Source: Candidatus Tayloriibacteriota bacterium (GTDB taxonomy: Bacteria; Patescibacteriota; Minisyncoccia; Phycocordibacterales; PALSA-1337). Taken from it: a DNA stretch of 64,000 nucleotides. The stretch lies in the NCBI GenBank assembly GCA_003151615.1, contig PLXZ01000001.1, positions 3,795 to 67,794 of the forward strand, given 5' to 3'. Within the stretch, counting starts at the first letter, position 1. Each line of letters starts with the position of its first letter. Below are positions 46,718 through 56,461 of the stretch, in pieces. The position numbers and the translations under genes were made by a program. The notes below the pieces were generated by a model. The model worked only from the letters and a program-made list of their open reading frames with translations. It ran no database searches and had not been told where the DNA came from.

Positions 46718-48364
46718 TTATTTATAGAGATACAGGTATTTATTACCGAGAACTGATATTTGTGGATTATTCCTTAACAAATGGGCCAGATCGGTTATCG
46801 AAGTAAAGTTGATGTTTGTTCCGTGATGCGGCTCTATGTGCACGTCACCATTATACTCCATATTATCCGCAAAGGCTTTTTCAAAGATATTCAGCTTTCC
46901 GTCAAGGGCAAATATGGCCGACTGGGCCGTCGAACAGGCAACGTGAGGATTCAAATTTCCATGGAAAAGCCAACCTTTCGGAAGATACTCGGGATTGAAG
47001 TAACCATGCCAATGGGCAATGCCGAAACCTTTTTCCTTTGCCTGCTTGGCATAGCCAGAAGCAGGTTTTACATGTTCCAAAATTGAGGCGGAGATGGCAT
47101 TCCCCACCGCATGCGCCAAAATCACCTTCGTGTCGAATGACGGACGGTAATCTTTCGTCAATTTCATTCCTCGCGGCATTTGCAAATACATTTTTCCATC
47201 AACGAGACCGAGCTTTAATATATCAGTTTCAGGATGAACGTTCGTCTTGTCGGACCCGGATTTCTGGCTCAACACCCATATAGGAGGAACTTTCATGCAG
47301 AATTTTTTGCCGTTCAATTCAATGACAATAAAGAGTTTTCCGCCGGACCAAAAATAATCTTTTCCGGAAGAAATTTCAGGATATTGTTTCATGGCTGATT
47401 CGATTGGCACAAGTTTTTCAATTTCAACCGGCATTTGTTTCGCGAGAAATCCGTAACTCATGCCGCTTCTGTTATCCAAATGAATTTTGCCAATCCATCT
47501 GTAAAATCCGTTACGGAAAGGCATATCGGCAATTTTCTTGCCTTTCGGATACAAACCGGTGGCATCAAAAGCTTTCGCGCCAATCACGATGTCGGCGATC
47601 TGCGACTGATAGTCCTTCGCGGTAACGTCAAAATGCTCGTCGAGGACCACAAATTCGGTAAATTTATGCGGACGTATCGGTGCAACAATTTTTGGCACAA
47701 GGGCATCAAGAACATGTTCTTTGAAATCTTCATCAATTGAATACACGGGATGCGAAGCGTTGAAGTTATACAGAATCCATTCCTTTTTACTGACCAAAAT
47801 GACAATCTGGGTCATATGATACGAGAAAAGATCCATCGCCGTGTCAAAATGCTTTTGAAACTCGCTTTTTTCATCGATATCCTTTGGCTGGTCCAAAATG
47901 GTTATGATGGAATTCTGCGTAAAGCTCGAAGTGTAATCAATCGGCAATTTCCAGGTCTTGTTTTTTCCGAGGGCAATTACGGATATTCCCCTCTTGATGC
48001 GCCACCTTTTCAAAAGATTCCTCAACGCCGAAAAATTAATGAAATAATACGGATGTTCTTTTCTAAAAAGCTCATAGACTGCAAACAGAAAATTATTGGC
48101 AATGATATTAAAAAAACGTTTTGCAATTTTGCGGAAAGGAACTTTTTCCAAAGTATCGGCATATGGGACGACAGATACGCCGAGTTCATGAAATGTCTTC
48201 GTCAATTTTTCCGCGAAAACCTGAATTTCCGGACTTATATTCGCTGTATCATAGGGAAAAAAAGAGACTTTCATCATGGTCGCCATTTCACGGGGTGAAA
48301 GACATGTCTTTTCCTTTATACCGAGTATTTCCTGAATGGCGTCTTGACTGAGCATATGTGCCAT
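46718..48364 (-). CDS. Hypothetical 548-aa protein, directly upstream of and co-oriented with the HK (1-nt gap).
   Basis: Long ORF with no motif I could assign. Confidence 0.5.
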   Translation of the reverse strand: MAHMLSQDAIQEILGIKEKTCLSPREMATMMKVSFFPYDTANISPEIQVFAEKLTKTFHELGVSVVPYADTLEKVPFRKIAKRFFNIIANNFLFAVYELFRKEHPYYFINFSALRNLLKRWRIKRGISVIALGKNKTWKLPIDYTSSFTQNSIITILDQPKDIDEKSEFQKHFDTAMDLFSYHMTQIVILVSKKEWILYNFNASHPVYSIDEDFKEHVLDALVPKIVAPIRPHKFTEFVVLDEHFDVTAKDYQSQIADIVIGAKAFDATGLYPKGKKIADMPFRNGFYRWIGKIHLDNRSGMSYGFLAKQMPVEIEKLVPIESAMKQYPEISSGKDYFWSGGKLFIVIELNGKKFCMKVPPIWVLSQKSGSDKTNVHPETDILKLGLVDGKMYLQMPRGMKLTKDYRPSFDTKVILAHAVGNAISASILEHVKPASGYAKQAKEKGFGIAHWHGYFNPEYLPKGWLFHGNLNPHVACSTAQSAIFALDGKLNIFEKAFADNMEYNGDVHIEPHHGTNINFTSITDLAHLLRNNPQISVLGNKYLYLYK

Positions 48365-48423
48365 GATTATAGCAGAAAAAAGACCTACTCATGCGTTTGA
48401 AACGCACTTTCGGTCTTGTGTTA

Positions 48424-48997
48424 CTACCACGATCGTGCCGTGATTGTAATATGGGGCAGACAACAGCTCCAGCCCGGTTTTGCAATTGTTGCGTCCGAGC
48501 CGGAAACAGGAATCAGTTTCCCGTTATTGCACACTGGGCAGCACCTATCGTCCGCTGATTTTCCGCTGATGGAATCAACTCGAGGAATTCCTGCCGTCCG
48601 AATGTCGCATTTCGGGCAAAAATACAAAGAATTACCACGCATGCCAGGGACAGTCCCGTTCTTTAAAGAAAGCGCCCAAGCCTCCACGCGACAACTTCTT
48701 TTGCCTGACTTTTTCGGTCAGGAGATGCGGTCGCGTGGCGTAAAATTCGCGGTTCTTCCGCCGTTCGTCGGCTTTTTGAGTGCGATATGTTTCAACACAA
48801 ACCCATTCGCCGGTGCCGGAACTGGAAACGCAAAAAATAAGCTCTTCCAGTCCGCCGGCATCATTACGCCTCCAACCTGCAATTCCTTTTTTTTCCAAAG
48901 CCGGAGTCGTCATTGCCTTTGAAGCAAACACTGTTGATTTCATTGCTGTCCTTTCTCTTTTGTTTTTGTTGTTACTGTTTGTACTGTCGTTACCCAT
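48424..48997 (-). pseudogene. Possible frameshifted small Cys-rich (zinc-ribbon-like) protein gene: two overlapping minus-strand ORFs (48632-48997 and 48424-48687).
   Basis: CPWHAW...FCPKCD...CCPVCNNGK is split across two frames. A T8 homopolymer sits at ~48887. Confidence 0.25.
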
Positions 48998-49199
48998 TCG
49001 TCCACAAGGACGATATAACGAAAAACGAGCCCTGGATTTGTTCCAAGACTCGTTTTTGAGATATTTTCCGTTTACTTACCGGGAGAAAATCGCAAAGCCA
49101 GCCTTGGAACTTTTGGTCCAGAGCCAGATAAAGACGCTCACGTTTATTGCCTGCAATGATGTATGCGTTTTTTGCATGCGAATAGTATAGATTGAAACT

Positions 49200-49895
49200 T
49201 TATGCAATGCAATCCCTCACTTTCCCCATGATATATTCGGCTTCTTCTTTATAAACATTGCCGCCAGGTTCGACGCTACGCGCAACATTTTCGTGGAGTT
49301 CGGTGACAGTGATAGAGGGGCCAAATGTTATTTTGATGTGCCGACGGCGAAGAAAAAAATCGCTGAATTTCATTTTATGCGCGCCGGAAATGCCGACGGG
49401 AATGACTGGCGCGCCGGTGCGTTCCGCGAGATAACCGACTCCGCCGCGTGCGGTCTGGATTGTGCCATCGGGAGTAACCCCGCCTTCCGGAAAAACGAAA
49501 ACGCTTTTGCCCGCTTCGACGATTTTCACGTGATTGACGAGCGATTTTTCATAGTCTTTTTTGCCAGTCATGACCCGGTGTGCACCCCACAATTGAAAGA
49601 TGAACCCTCCGTATATGAGCTGGAGAATGCCGCTCGTGTCATAGAATTTTTTCTCGCGCGACGTGTAGAAAATCGGCATGAACCGCGACAAAAACGGCAA
49701 ACCGGCGGGCAAAAGTATCGCATCAAGCTCGCTTGTATGGTTTGAAGCAAAGATAGCGCCTTTTTTTGTCGAAACGGGCGTCAGGTGTTCGAGACCATGT
49801 ACTTCAAAATGGCCGAAAACTTTCAGAAGCAAACGCGTTCCCGGCCAAATAAAGGTCTGGAGAATGAGCGGGGAAATTAAAAAGAAGGGATTCAT
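49200..49895 (-). CDS. plsC: 1-acyl-sn-glycerol-3-phosphate acyltransferase.
   Basis: NHTSELD (HX4D) and FPEGG motifs. Confidence 0.88.
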   Translation of the reverse strand: MNPFFLISPLILQTFIWPGTRLLLKVFGHFEVHGLEHLTPVSTKKGAIFASNHTSELDAILLPAGLPFLSRFMPIFYTSREKKFYDTSGILQLIYGGFIFQLWGAHRVMTGKKDYEKSLVNHVKIVEAGKSVFVFPEGGVTPDGTIQTARGGVGYLAERTGAPVIPVGISGAHKMKFSDFFLRRRHIKITFGPSITVTELHENVARSVEPGGNVYKEEAEYIMGKVRDCIA

Positions 49896-49933
49896 ATTAT
49901 TTTGTGGAAATAACTGCGCGGTATGAGAATTGA

Positions 49934-51226
49934 TTACGGATTGAGCCGCTTTACGTCGCGCGGCAAATAGGTAGCCTCGCGCACGTTCGGAAGGTCGAGA
50001 ATTTTCATGATCAAACGTCCGGGACCGATGCCAGCGCCGCCGTGCGCCGGAACTCCGTAGCGGAAAAAGTTCAAATAATCATGGAGTGATTCGAGGTTCA
50101 TGCCTTTTTCTTTCGCCTGCTTTTCCAAAATGTCGATGCGATGCTCGCGCTGGGCAAGCGTCGTTACTTCGATTCCGCGATAAATGAGATCAGCGCGTCG
50201 CGAACGGTCATTGTCCTCGGGATGACGCATATGATAGAAGGCGCTTTTTGATTTGTGATAGTCGGTTATGAAAACGAAATCGTGATTGTGCGTTTTTTTG
50301 ACGTATTCCGAAATAGCACGCTCTTCCTCGGGCGACAAATCATGTTCTTCGCCGCTCGCAACGCCTTCCTTCGCCAAAATTTTCTTGGCTTCAACCATTG
50401 AAATTCGCGGAAACGGTCGCGAAGGAATTTCGATGTTCACGTCGGGAAATTTTAACGGAGCATCTTCTTTCAACTGAGTGAAAGCAGATACAAGCATTGC
50501 CTCCTCCGCATCCATCAAATCGTGATGGTCATTGATGTCGGAAATTTCGAAGTCGAAGCCGGTGAATTCGGTGAGATGACGCGTCGTGAATGATTCCTCG
50601 GCTCTGAATACTGGACCAGCGATGAAGACCTTGCCAAAGCCCGACGCCATGGCCATCTGCTTGTAGAATTGCGGCGACTGGGCGAGGTACGCTTTTTTAT
50701 CGAAATATTTAACCTCGAAAACTTCGGCACCGGTTTCCGACGGAGTGCTCATGAATGATGGAGAATAAATCTGGATGTAATCATTTTCATTCCAGTATTT
50801 GCGAAGGCCTTTTTCAAATGAAGTCCAGACTTTGAAAATTTTCGCCTTTTCCGGCTTTCGTAGATCGATCCAACGATAGTCGAAGCGGACGGGGGCTTCG
50901 GTGTCTTCCCCTCCTTTAATGGTGACAACAGGAATGGCCAATTCAGGAAGAGCCGCGCTCACTATTTCCATTTTCGCGACCTGAATTTCGACGCCGCCCG
51001 GCGCCTGTTTCGCCGCCACCAGTTTTCCTTCGACCGAAACATACGATTCCGTGCTAATTTTCTTGAGCTCGCCAATCAGAGCCTCGCCCAAAAATACGCA
51101 TTGCACCATGCCGGTGATATTGCGTAGGGTAATAAAGCCGACCTTTCCCTGAGCGCGGACGGATTGCACGAAGCCTTTGACCGAAACGTCCTTGTCGATA
51201 TGTGATGGTAAATCGTTGATTTTCAT
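49934..51226 (-). CDS. Class IIb aspartyl/asparaginyl-tRNA synthetase (archaeal-type, no GAD insertion).
   Basis: N-terminal OB anticodon-binding domain and FRAEES.TTRHLTEF motif 2. Length 430 aa. Asp versus Asn specificity is not resolved. Confidence 0.85.
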   Translation of the reverse strand: MKINDLPSHIDKDVSVKGFVQSVRAQGKVGFITLRNITGMVQCVFLGEALIGELKKISTESYVSVEGKLVAAKQAPGGVEIQVAKMEIVSAALPELAIPVVTIKGGEDTEAPVRFDYRWIDLRKPEKAKIFKVWTSFEKGLRKYWNENDYIQIYSPSFMSTPSETGAEVFEVKYFDKKAYLAQSPQFYKQMAMASGFGKVFIAGPVFRAEESFTTRHLTEFTGFDFEISDINDHHDLMDAEEAMLVSAFTQLKEDAPLKFPDVNIEIPSRPFPRISMVEAKKILAKEGVASGEEHDLSPEEERAISEYVKKTHNHDFVFITDYHKSKSAFYHMRHPEDNDRSRRADLIYRGIEVTTLAQREHRIDILEKQAKEKGMNLESLHDYLNFFRYGVPAHGGAGIGPGRLIMKILDLPNVREATYLPRDVKRLNP

Positions 51227-51233
51227 TTGTTTG

Positions 51234-51914
51234 TTACGGAAATAGTATCATTTTCCAGACAATATCCAAAACTTCACGCTGAACCTCGGCGATTGGCCGA
51301 TGGCCGTCAACGACAACGCTTTTTATTTCCTTGTTGCCAAAAAATTTCTTGTAGCCGTCTCTGACCGAATTATGAAAAGCGATTGCACGGTTGTCAAAAT
51401 GATTTCCGTCGAGAAGCGACTGGTTGCGCGAGTTTGCCCGGCGAAGGCCTTCCTCGGAACTGACATCTATATATATGTACAGGTCGGGTAATACATTGAG
51501 TTGTTTTCGCAAATGCCAGAAAACTTCCTCAAGCGCGCCTTCGGACTGCGCGATAACGTTGTATGCAAACGAAGAGCCGTCAAAACGATCGGTTATGACC
51601 GATTTTCCCGATTTCATCGCGGGCAGTATGGTTTTCGCAACATGCTCAAAACGCGACGCGAACATCAGGGAGAGCATCGTTTGCGGCAAAGCCCCTTCCG
51701 CCAAAGGGTCTTTCAGTGCGGTGTTTCGTATGACCTCCGCAAAAGGCGATCCGCCCGGTTCGCGGGTCGTGACAACGGCATCGCCCAAGGCTTCCCGGAG
51801 CGCAATCAGAACGGACGATTTCCCCGAGCCTTCCCCGCCCTCGAGGACGATGAATTTTGGCTGCGGCTTGGGCTTTATTTTCACTTCTGATTTTTTTGCA
51901 GTGTTTTTTTGCAT
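51234..51914 (-). CDS. tmk: Thymidylate kinase, with a Lys-rich N-terminal tail.
   Basis: FIVLEGGEGSGKSS P-loop, TREPGG, and DRF...S.AY. Confidence 0.9.
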   Translation of the reverse strand: MQKNTAKKSEVKIKPKPQPKFIVLEGGEGSGKSSVLIALREALGDAVVTTREPGGSPFAEVIRNTALKDPLAEGALPQTMLSLMFASRFEHVAKTILPAMKSGKSVITDRFDGSSFAYNVIAQSEGALEEVFWHLRKQLNVLPDLYIYIDVSSEEGLRRANSRNQSLLDGNHFDNRAIAFHNSVRDGYKKFFGNKEIKSVVVDGHRPIAEVQREVLDIVWKMILFP

Positions 51915-51915
51915 A

Positions 51916-52407
51916 CTATCTTTTGAATTGTTCGGTTGCACCTTCGACCAAATAGACATTTCGGATGCCGCCGGCAATCATGCTGTCCCAGCAGGGCTTG
52001 CAACACCACCAATGTCCCCAGTGATACAAATCAGAACCTGAAATATCGCCGATTTTATTTTGAGCGTCTTTTACAGCACGCGGCTCCGAATGCATTTTGG
52101 AAGAAGCACATCCGGGACACAAATAATATTTCGTTCCCGACTTTATATGAAACATTTTTCTGATGCAAAATTTGTTGTGGAGATTTTTCAGCCATTGTTT
52201 ACGAAGCCTTGATTGGTTCGCGCCGTACCCGATTATTTTTCCGTCTTTGACAACCGTCGCTCCCGTAGGCTGTTTGCTGTCGGTCGAAAATTCCAAAGTG
52301 TACCTTTTGGTTTCAGCCATAAAGGGATTACTGACTGGTACGTATATGAATTTTCTTCCTTCGGGAAGATATGGGTAGGGGTGAGTCATTATGAAAGTAT
52401 ACGACAA
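51916..52407 (-). CDS. dCMP deaminase (cytidine/deoxycytidylate deaminase family).
   Basis: HSEPRA zinc motif plus CKPC...GIRNVYLVE. Confidence 0.8.
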   Translation of the reverse strand: MSYTFIMTHPYPYLPEGRKFIYVPVSNPFMAETKRYTLEFSTDSKQPTGATVVKDGKIIGYGANQSRLRKQWLKNLHNKFCIRKMFHIKSGTKYYLCPGCASSKMHSEPRAVKDAQNKIGDISGSDLYHWGHWWCCKPCWDSMIAGGIRNVYLVEGATEQFKR

Positions 52408-52427
52408 TTATATATAATTAGGGGACT

Positions 52428-53288
52428 ATGACCAAATTTGATGAAATCTACCAGGGAATGGTCGAAAAAATAATGACCGAGGGACTGGAGGAGGTTAACC
52501 AGAGCAAGCAGGCCGGCAGCGAACGCTCGACTTACCTAACCAAGGCTATCCCCGGAATGCATTTTTCCATTGATATAGAAAAGGACGGCTTCCCTCTTTT
52601 GACTCTCAGAAAAATACCGGTGAAGGGAATGGTTGCGGAACAAGCATGGTTCATCATGGGTTCACGAAAACCGGAAGATTTTCTTCGGAGTTATACAAAA
52701 ATTTGGGACGCTTTCACCAATCCTGGCGATGTAGTCACCGTCGCCTACGGATACCGCTGGAGAAAACATTTCGGCCGCGATCAGTTAAAACTTCTCATCG
52801 ACTTACTCAAGAAAGAACCCGGTTCGCGGCACGGTGTTGTACTTGCCTGGGATCCAAGTCAGGACGGACTCTCGCTTCAGAAAAAGAAAAATGTTCCGTG
52901 CCCATATAGTTTCACCGTGAATATCATAGGTGGACGGTTGCACTTGCATAATATAGTGCGTTCAAATGACGTGATGCTCGGCGTGCCCTATGACGTTGCA
53001 GGATTCGCGCTCCTTCAATGCTTGCTCGCGCAAGAGCTCGGGGTAAAACCGGGAATATACAGCCATTCGATTTCAAACGCACATATATATGACACGCATT
53101 ACGAAGCGGCAAAGGAAATTTTGAAGCGAAAAAATGATCATGCAAAAATTACCGTCGTCTTGCCCGAAAAATCGTATGAAAATATCGAAAACAGGAAATA
53201 TGAAGTGGTCGACGCGATAATAAAAAACATTTCCGACCAGTATCAGCCGATGGAGCCGATACAGGGAATAAAAATAGTCGCCTACTGA
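52428..53288 (+). CDS. Thymidylate synthase (ThyA) family protein with Asp at the pyrimidine-specificity position. The substrate may be dCMP rather than dUMP.
   Basis: Aligns to E. coli ThyA across YG.RWR, DQ...L...P.SRR...AW and PC...(RSCD/RSND). LGVPYDVAGFALL corresponds to LGLPFNIASYALL, so N177 is Asp. H147 is Pro (VPCPY). Confidence 0.75.
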   Translation: MTKFDEIYQGMVEKIMTEGLEEVNQSKQAGSERSTYLTKAIPGMHFSIDIEKDGFPLLTLRKIPVKGMVAEQAWFIMGSRKPEDFLRSYTKIWDAFTNPGDVVTVAYGYRWRKHFGRDQLKLLIDLLKKEPGSRHGVVLAWDPSQDGLSLQKKKNVPCPYSFTVNIIGGRLHLHNIVRSNDVMLGVPYDVAGFALLQCLLAQELGVKPGIYSHSISNAHIYDTHYEAAKEILKRKNDHAKITVVLPEKSYENIENRKYEVVDAIIKNISDQYQPMEPIQGIKIVAY

Positions 53289-53327
53289 TGACTACTCAAG
53301 AGCGCCGCCTTAGTTTATAATTCCCCT

Positions 53328-53972
53328 ATGTCAATTATCACTAAACAAGAAATCATCGAGCGCGTGAAATCCGGTTCGATTGTGTTCAAACCAAACCTCG
53401 ACAAGTTCCAGCTCCAAGGACACTCGGTTGATTTGCGGTTGGGTTTTACCTTTATGATTCCGAAAATGTGGCATATGACGCCGAAGGGCCGCGAAACGCT
53501 CGACATAACGCATTTCGACAAGCGCAATCAGGATTATTTCGAAGTAATCGAGCTGGAACAAGGTCAGTACTTCGATCTGCTTCCCCAGGAATACATTCTC
53601 ATTTCGACTTTTGAATCGATGAAAATACCGAAAGACCTCATGGCTGTTCTCTATCCGCGTTCGTCGACAAATCGAAAAGGTCTTTCTCTCGACCTTACCG
53701 GAATAGTTGACGCGGGCTATGAAGGCCAGCTCATCCTGCCTGTTCGAAACAATACTCGCTCGCAGACAGTGCGTCTCTATCCCGGCGAACGCCTCTGCCA
53801 GATAGTGTTTGAAGAATTGAAACAGCCGGTTCCTGACGAAACTCGCGCGAGCAAGTATCATAAAAAAGACATCGTCGACGGAGTATACATGGAGAAAAAA
53901 GACGAGGTTGACCTCCTCATGTCCGGAGACATAAAAAAATTGAAAGCCGACTACGACATTTTGAAGGACTAA
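53328..53972 (+). CDS. dcd: dCTP deaminase (dUTPase superfamily).
   Basis: VDLRLG, PRSS..RKGLSL and GIVDAGYEGQL blocks. Confidence 0.8.
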   Translation: MSIITKQEIIERVKSGSIVFKPNLDKFQLQGHSVDLRLGFTFMIPKMWHMTPKGRETLDITHFDKRNQDYFEVIELEQGQYFDLLPQEYILISTFESMKIPKDLMAVLYPRSSTNRKGLSLDLTGIVDAGYEGQLILPVRNNTRSQTVRLYPGERLCQIVFEELKQPVPDETRASKYHKKDIVDGVYMEKKDEVDLLMSGDIKKLKADYDILKD

Positions 53973-53997
53973 TTAGGAATCAAAAATTTTAAAAATT

Positions 53998-54507
53998 ATG
54001 AATTGCTTCATCATAGCCGCCATAACAGCCGACGGATATATAGCGCAGAACGAAAGCCAGACTTCTTTTCTCTGGACAAGCAAGGAGGACAAGAAGCGTT
54101 TTATCGAACTGACAAAGCGCGCCGGTGTTATCGTAATGGGAAGCACCACGTATGCCAGCCTTCCGAAGCCGCTCAAAGACCGCGTAAATATTGTATACAG
54201 CCGGTCAAAAAATTTTGAAGGGGCGGAAACCACCCAGGATGCGCCGGCCGAATTATTGAAGAAACTCGAAACACGAGGCTTCAAGGAAGTCGCCATTTGC
54301 GGCGGCGCGCACATTTACAGCCTTTTCATGAATGCAAAAGTCGTGAACAAAATTTTTCTCACAATAGAACCTCTCGTATTCGGAAGCGGAATAAAACTTT
54401 TCAGTGAAGAATCACCCTTCAAATTAAAACTACTGAACATGGAAAAAACGGAATCGGGAACTCTGCTTCTCGAATATGAAGTTGACTATTTGAATCCCGT
54501 AAAATAA
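53998..54507 (+). CDS. folA: Dihydrofolate reductase family protein.
   Basis: FIIAAITADGYIA...VIVMGSTTYASLP...ICGGAHIY follows the DHFR/RibD-C fold pattern. Confidence 0.7.
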   Translation: MNCFIIAAITADGYIAQNESQTSFLWTSKEDKKRFIELTKRAGVIVMGSTTYASLPKPLKDRVNIVYSRSKNFEGAETTQDAPAELLKKLETRGFKEVAICGGAHIYSLFMNAKVVNKIFLTIEPLVFGSGIKLFSEESPFKLKLLNMEKTESGTLLLEYEVDYLNPVK

Positions 54508-54581
54508 ATTGACAAACCCGTTTTAAAAAGGTAAAAAGACGGAAGCAAAGAACAAACCGCAACAACCAACCCAAGGTATGT

Positions 54582-55226
54582 ATGGCCACGACCAAGGTCT
54601 CCCGAAATCCGGAAGAGGTCATCGTGCCTCGTCAGGAAATCGTCGGCATGCTCGAAAAGCATCAGGTGCCCTGGAAATCATGGGGCGCCCCCGGCACGAC
54701 AAGCAGAACTTTACACGATTTTTTCAAATATCACGAAACGGATCGCCTGTATTTGCGCAATGGCGCCCACGGTAAAAACGGTTCATCGGACAAATTCATA
54801 ATTGACGTGCACGCAGCGATCGTCATCGTCATGCACCGGATCAACCGGAAATGGCTTGAACTGTATGAAGACCGGCAGGTATTCGATGACAATCCGGAGC
54901 CTTTGATCAGAAGCGGCTTCAACGGAATCGCCGAAACAGCCAAACGGACGGAAACAATGAGTGAAACGGCAAAGCGATGCGTTACCGAAGAACTCAAATT
55001 CGCCGACCCGTCCAAATACGAAATGTCGGAATGTGTCAAAATCGAGCACCGTGAAATTGCGCCGTCGGAAAAATGGCCTGGAGTTTGGGCGGCATATCAC
55101 CGGCACATTTTCGAATGCGTCATATCCCGTCAATTGTTTCTTCCCGACGGGTATGTCGAACGGGAAGGCATCCGCACCATTTACTTCAAATGGAAGCAGC
55201 TCAATCAGTCCGAGCTTCGGGTTTGA
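54582..55226 (+). CDS. Hypothetical protein (214 aa) downstream of folA.
   Basis: ORF only. Confidence 0.45.
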   Translation: MATTKVSRNPEEVIVPRQEIVGMLEKHQVPWKSWGAPGTTSRTLHDFFKYHETDRLYLRNGAHGKNGSSDKFIIDVHAAIVIVMHRINRKWLELYEDRQVFDDNPEPLIRSGFNGIAETAKRTETMSETAKRCVTEELKFADPSKYEMSECVKIEHREIAPSEKWPGVWAAYHRHIFECVISRQLFLPDGYVEREGIRTIYFKWKQLNQSELRV

Positions 55227-55341
55227 TACCCCAGTTTCCCCATCAAGGCTCCCGCACGAAAATTGCGGGGCTTTTTTAATTACTTGTCTACAATTAGTCA
55301 CTGGGGTAGTATTTTTTCGTCTGAAGGTGTATATATACTAT

Positions 55342-56427
55342 ATGAAAATAAAAAACCTATTTATAGCCTTTATTCTCGCCGCGACCAGTGTTCTGGTTGT
55401 TGCTTCGCACGCCTCTGCCTCGACAATACCAACCCTCACCCTCAGCGTTCAAAACACCGGCTCTACCCAGATTACGGTATATGGGGATCCGAACTCGGCT
55501 GTTCTTCTCTATTACAATAATTCGACAATCGGGGGAACCGAAACGGAAACCACGGGATCGCTTGGAAGTACAAACGCGTATGGATATTTTTCAACGACGA
55601 TTAATAATGGAACATACAATATTCCCTACAATACTCTGGTATATGTGACGGTCGATGGGCAAAATTCCGCGCAGACCACGTGGCCGAATTATTTCGGCGG
55701 AACAACCATAGGTCCGGTCACGACTGGTGGAGTCGGAATTGCAAACGGACTTTCACTCAGCCAGACGAATATAAATCTTCAGGTCGCCCAAACCACAGCC
55801 GTAACACCCCTTTCTGGAGGCAATTACACAAATGGCTACAATTATCCTTACGGCTCTTACTATGGAAACTACGGGACGCTTGTTGTACAAAATAATACAA
55901 ACCCGACAGCAGTTTCGACAGCCATAGTCGGCAATCAGGTCAACATAACGGGAGTAAACAATGGATCAGCGATTATAACCATTTGCGAATCGGGAATAAA
56001 TCTCTGCGGCACCGTATATGTAACCGTTGGGTCACAGACAACTTTTCCTTACCCATCTTATCCGTCCTACCCTTCATATCCAACATATCCTACGTACCCG
56101 TCTTATCCTTACCCGGCATCATCTCCGGTATCTTTCGGGACAAATGGAAATAATGTTTCGGTCAATGCTGGCGCATCAAAAAACATCACTTTGTACGGTT
56201 CGGGAAATTATTATATCTATCAGAACTCAAATCCGGCAGTTGTGACCGCGACGCTCAATGGAAACTGGCTTTCTGTGCAAGGTATCCAGGCCGGAACATC
56301 CAATATAACTGTCTGTGAGAATAATGGGACCGCTTCCTGCGCGCAACTTTTTGTCGATGTCATCGCAAACCAACAGAGTTTCTACCAGCAATTTTCTTAC
56401 ATGTATCCCTATTCTTATCCTTGGTAA
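55342..56427 (+). CDS. Secreted Ig-like (Big_2-like) repeat protein with a PYPSYPSYPSYPTYPTYPSYPYP linker. Paralog of 7280-9016.
   Basis: Signal peptide MKIKNLFIAFILAATSVLVVASHASA and the block shared with the paralog. The longer 54961 ORF start was rejected because it overlaps the upstream gene. Confidence 0.75.
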   Translation: MKIKNLFIAFILAATSVLVVASHASASTIPTLTLSVQNTGSTQITVYGDPNSAVLLYYNNSTIGGTETETTGSLGSTNAYGYFSTTINNGTYNIPYNTLVYVTVDGQNSAQTTWPNYFGGTTIGPVTTGGVGIANGLSLSQTNINLQVAQTTAVTPLSGGNYTNGYNYPYGSYYGNYGTLVVQNNTNPTAVSTAIVGNQVNITGVNNGSAIITICESGINLCGTVYVTVGSQTTFPYPSYPSYPSYPTYPTYPSYPYPASSPVSFGTNGNNVSVNAGASKNITLYGSGNYYIYQNSNPAVVTATLNGNWLSVQGIQAGTSNITVCENNGTASCAQLFVDVIANQQSFYQQFSYMYPYSYPW

Positions 56428-56461
56428 TTGATGCAGAAGCGCTCTAACCGCGCTTAAAAAA

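Noticed and set aside
48416-48922. Plus-strand 168-aa ORF in the plsC-upstream gap.
   Set aside because: Its composition looks random, it has no motif, and it overlaps the more plausible Cys-rich minus-strand ORFs.
54961-55341. Long N-terminal extension of the Ig-like protein ORF (488 aa form).
   Set aside because: It overlaps the upstream hypothetical gene. A clean signal peptide starts at the internal Met (55342).
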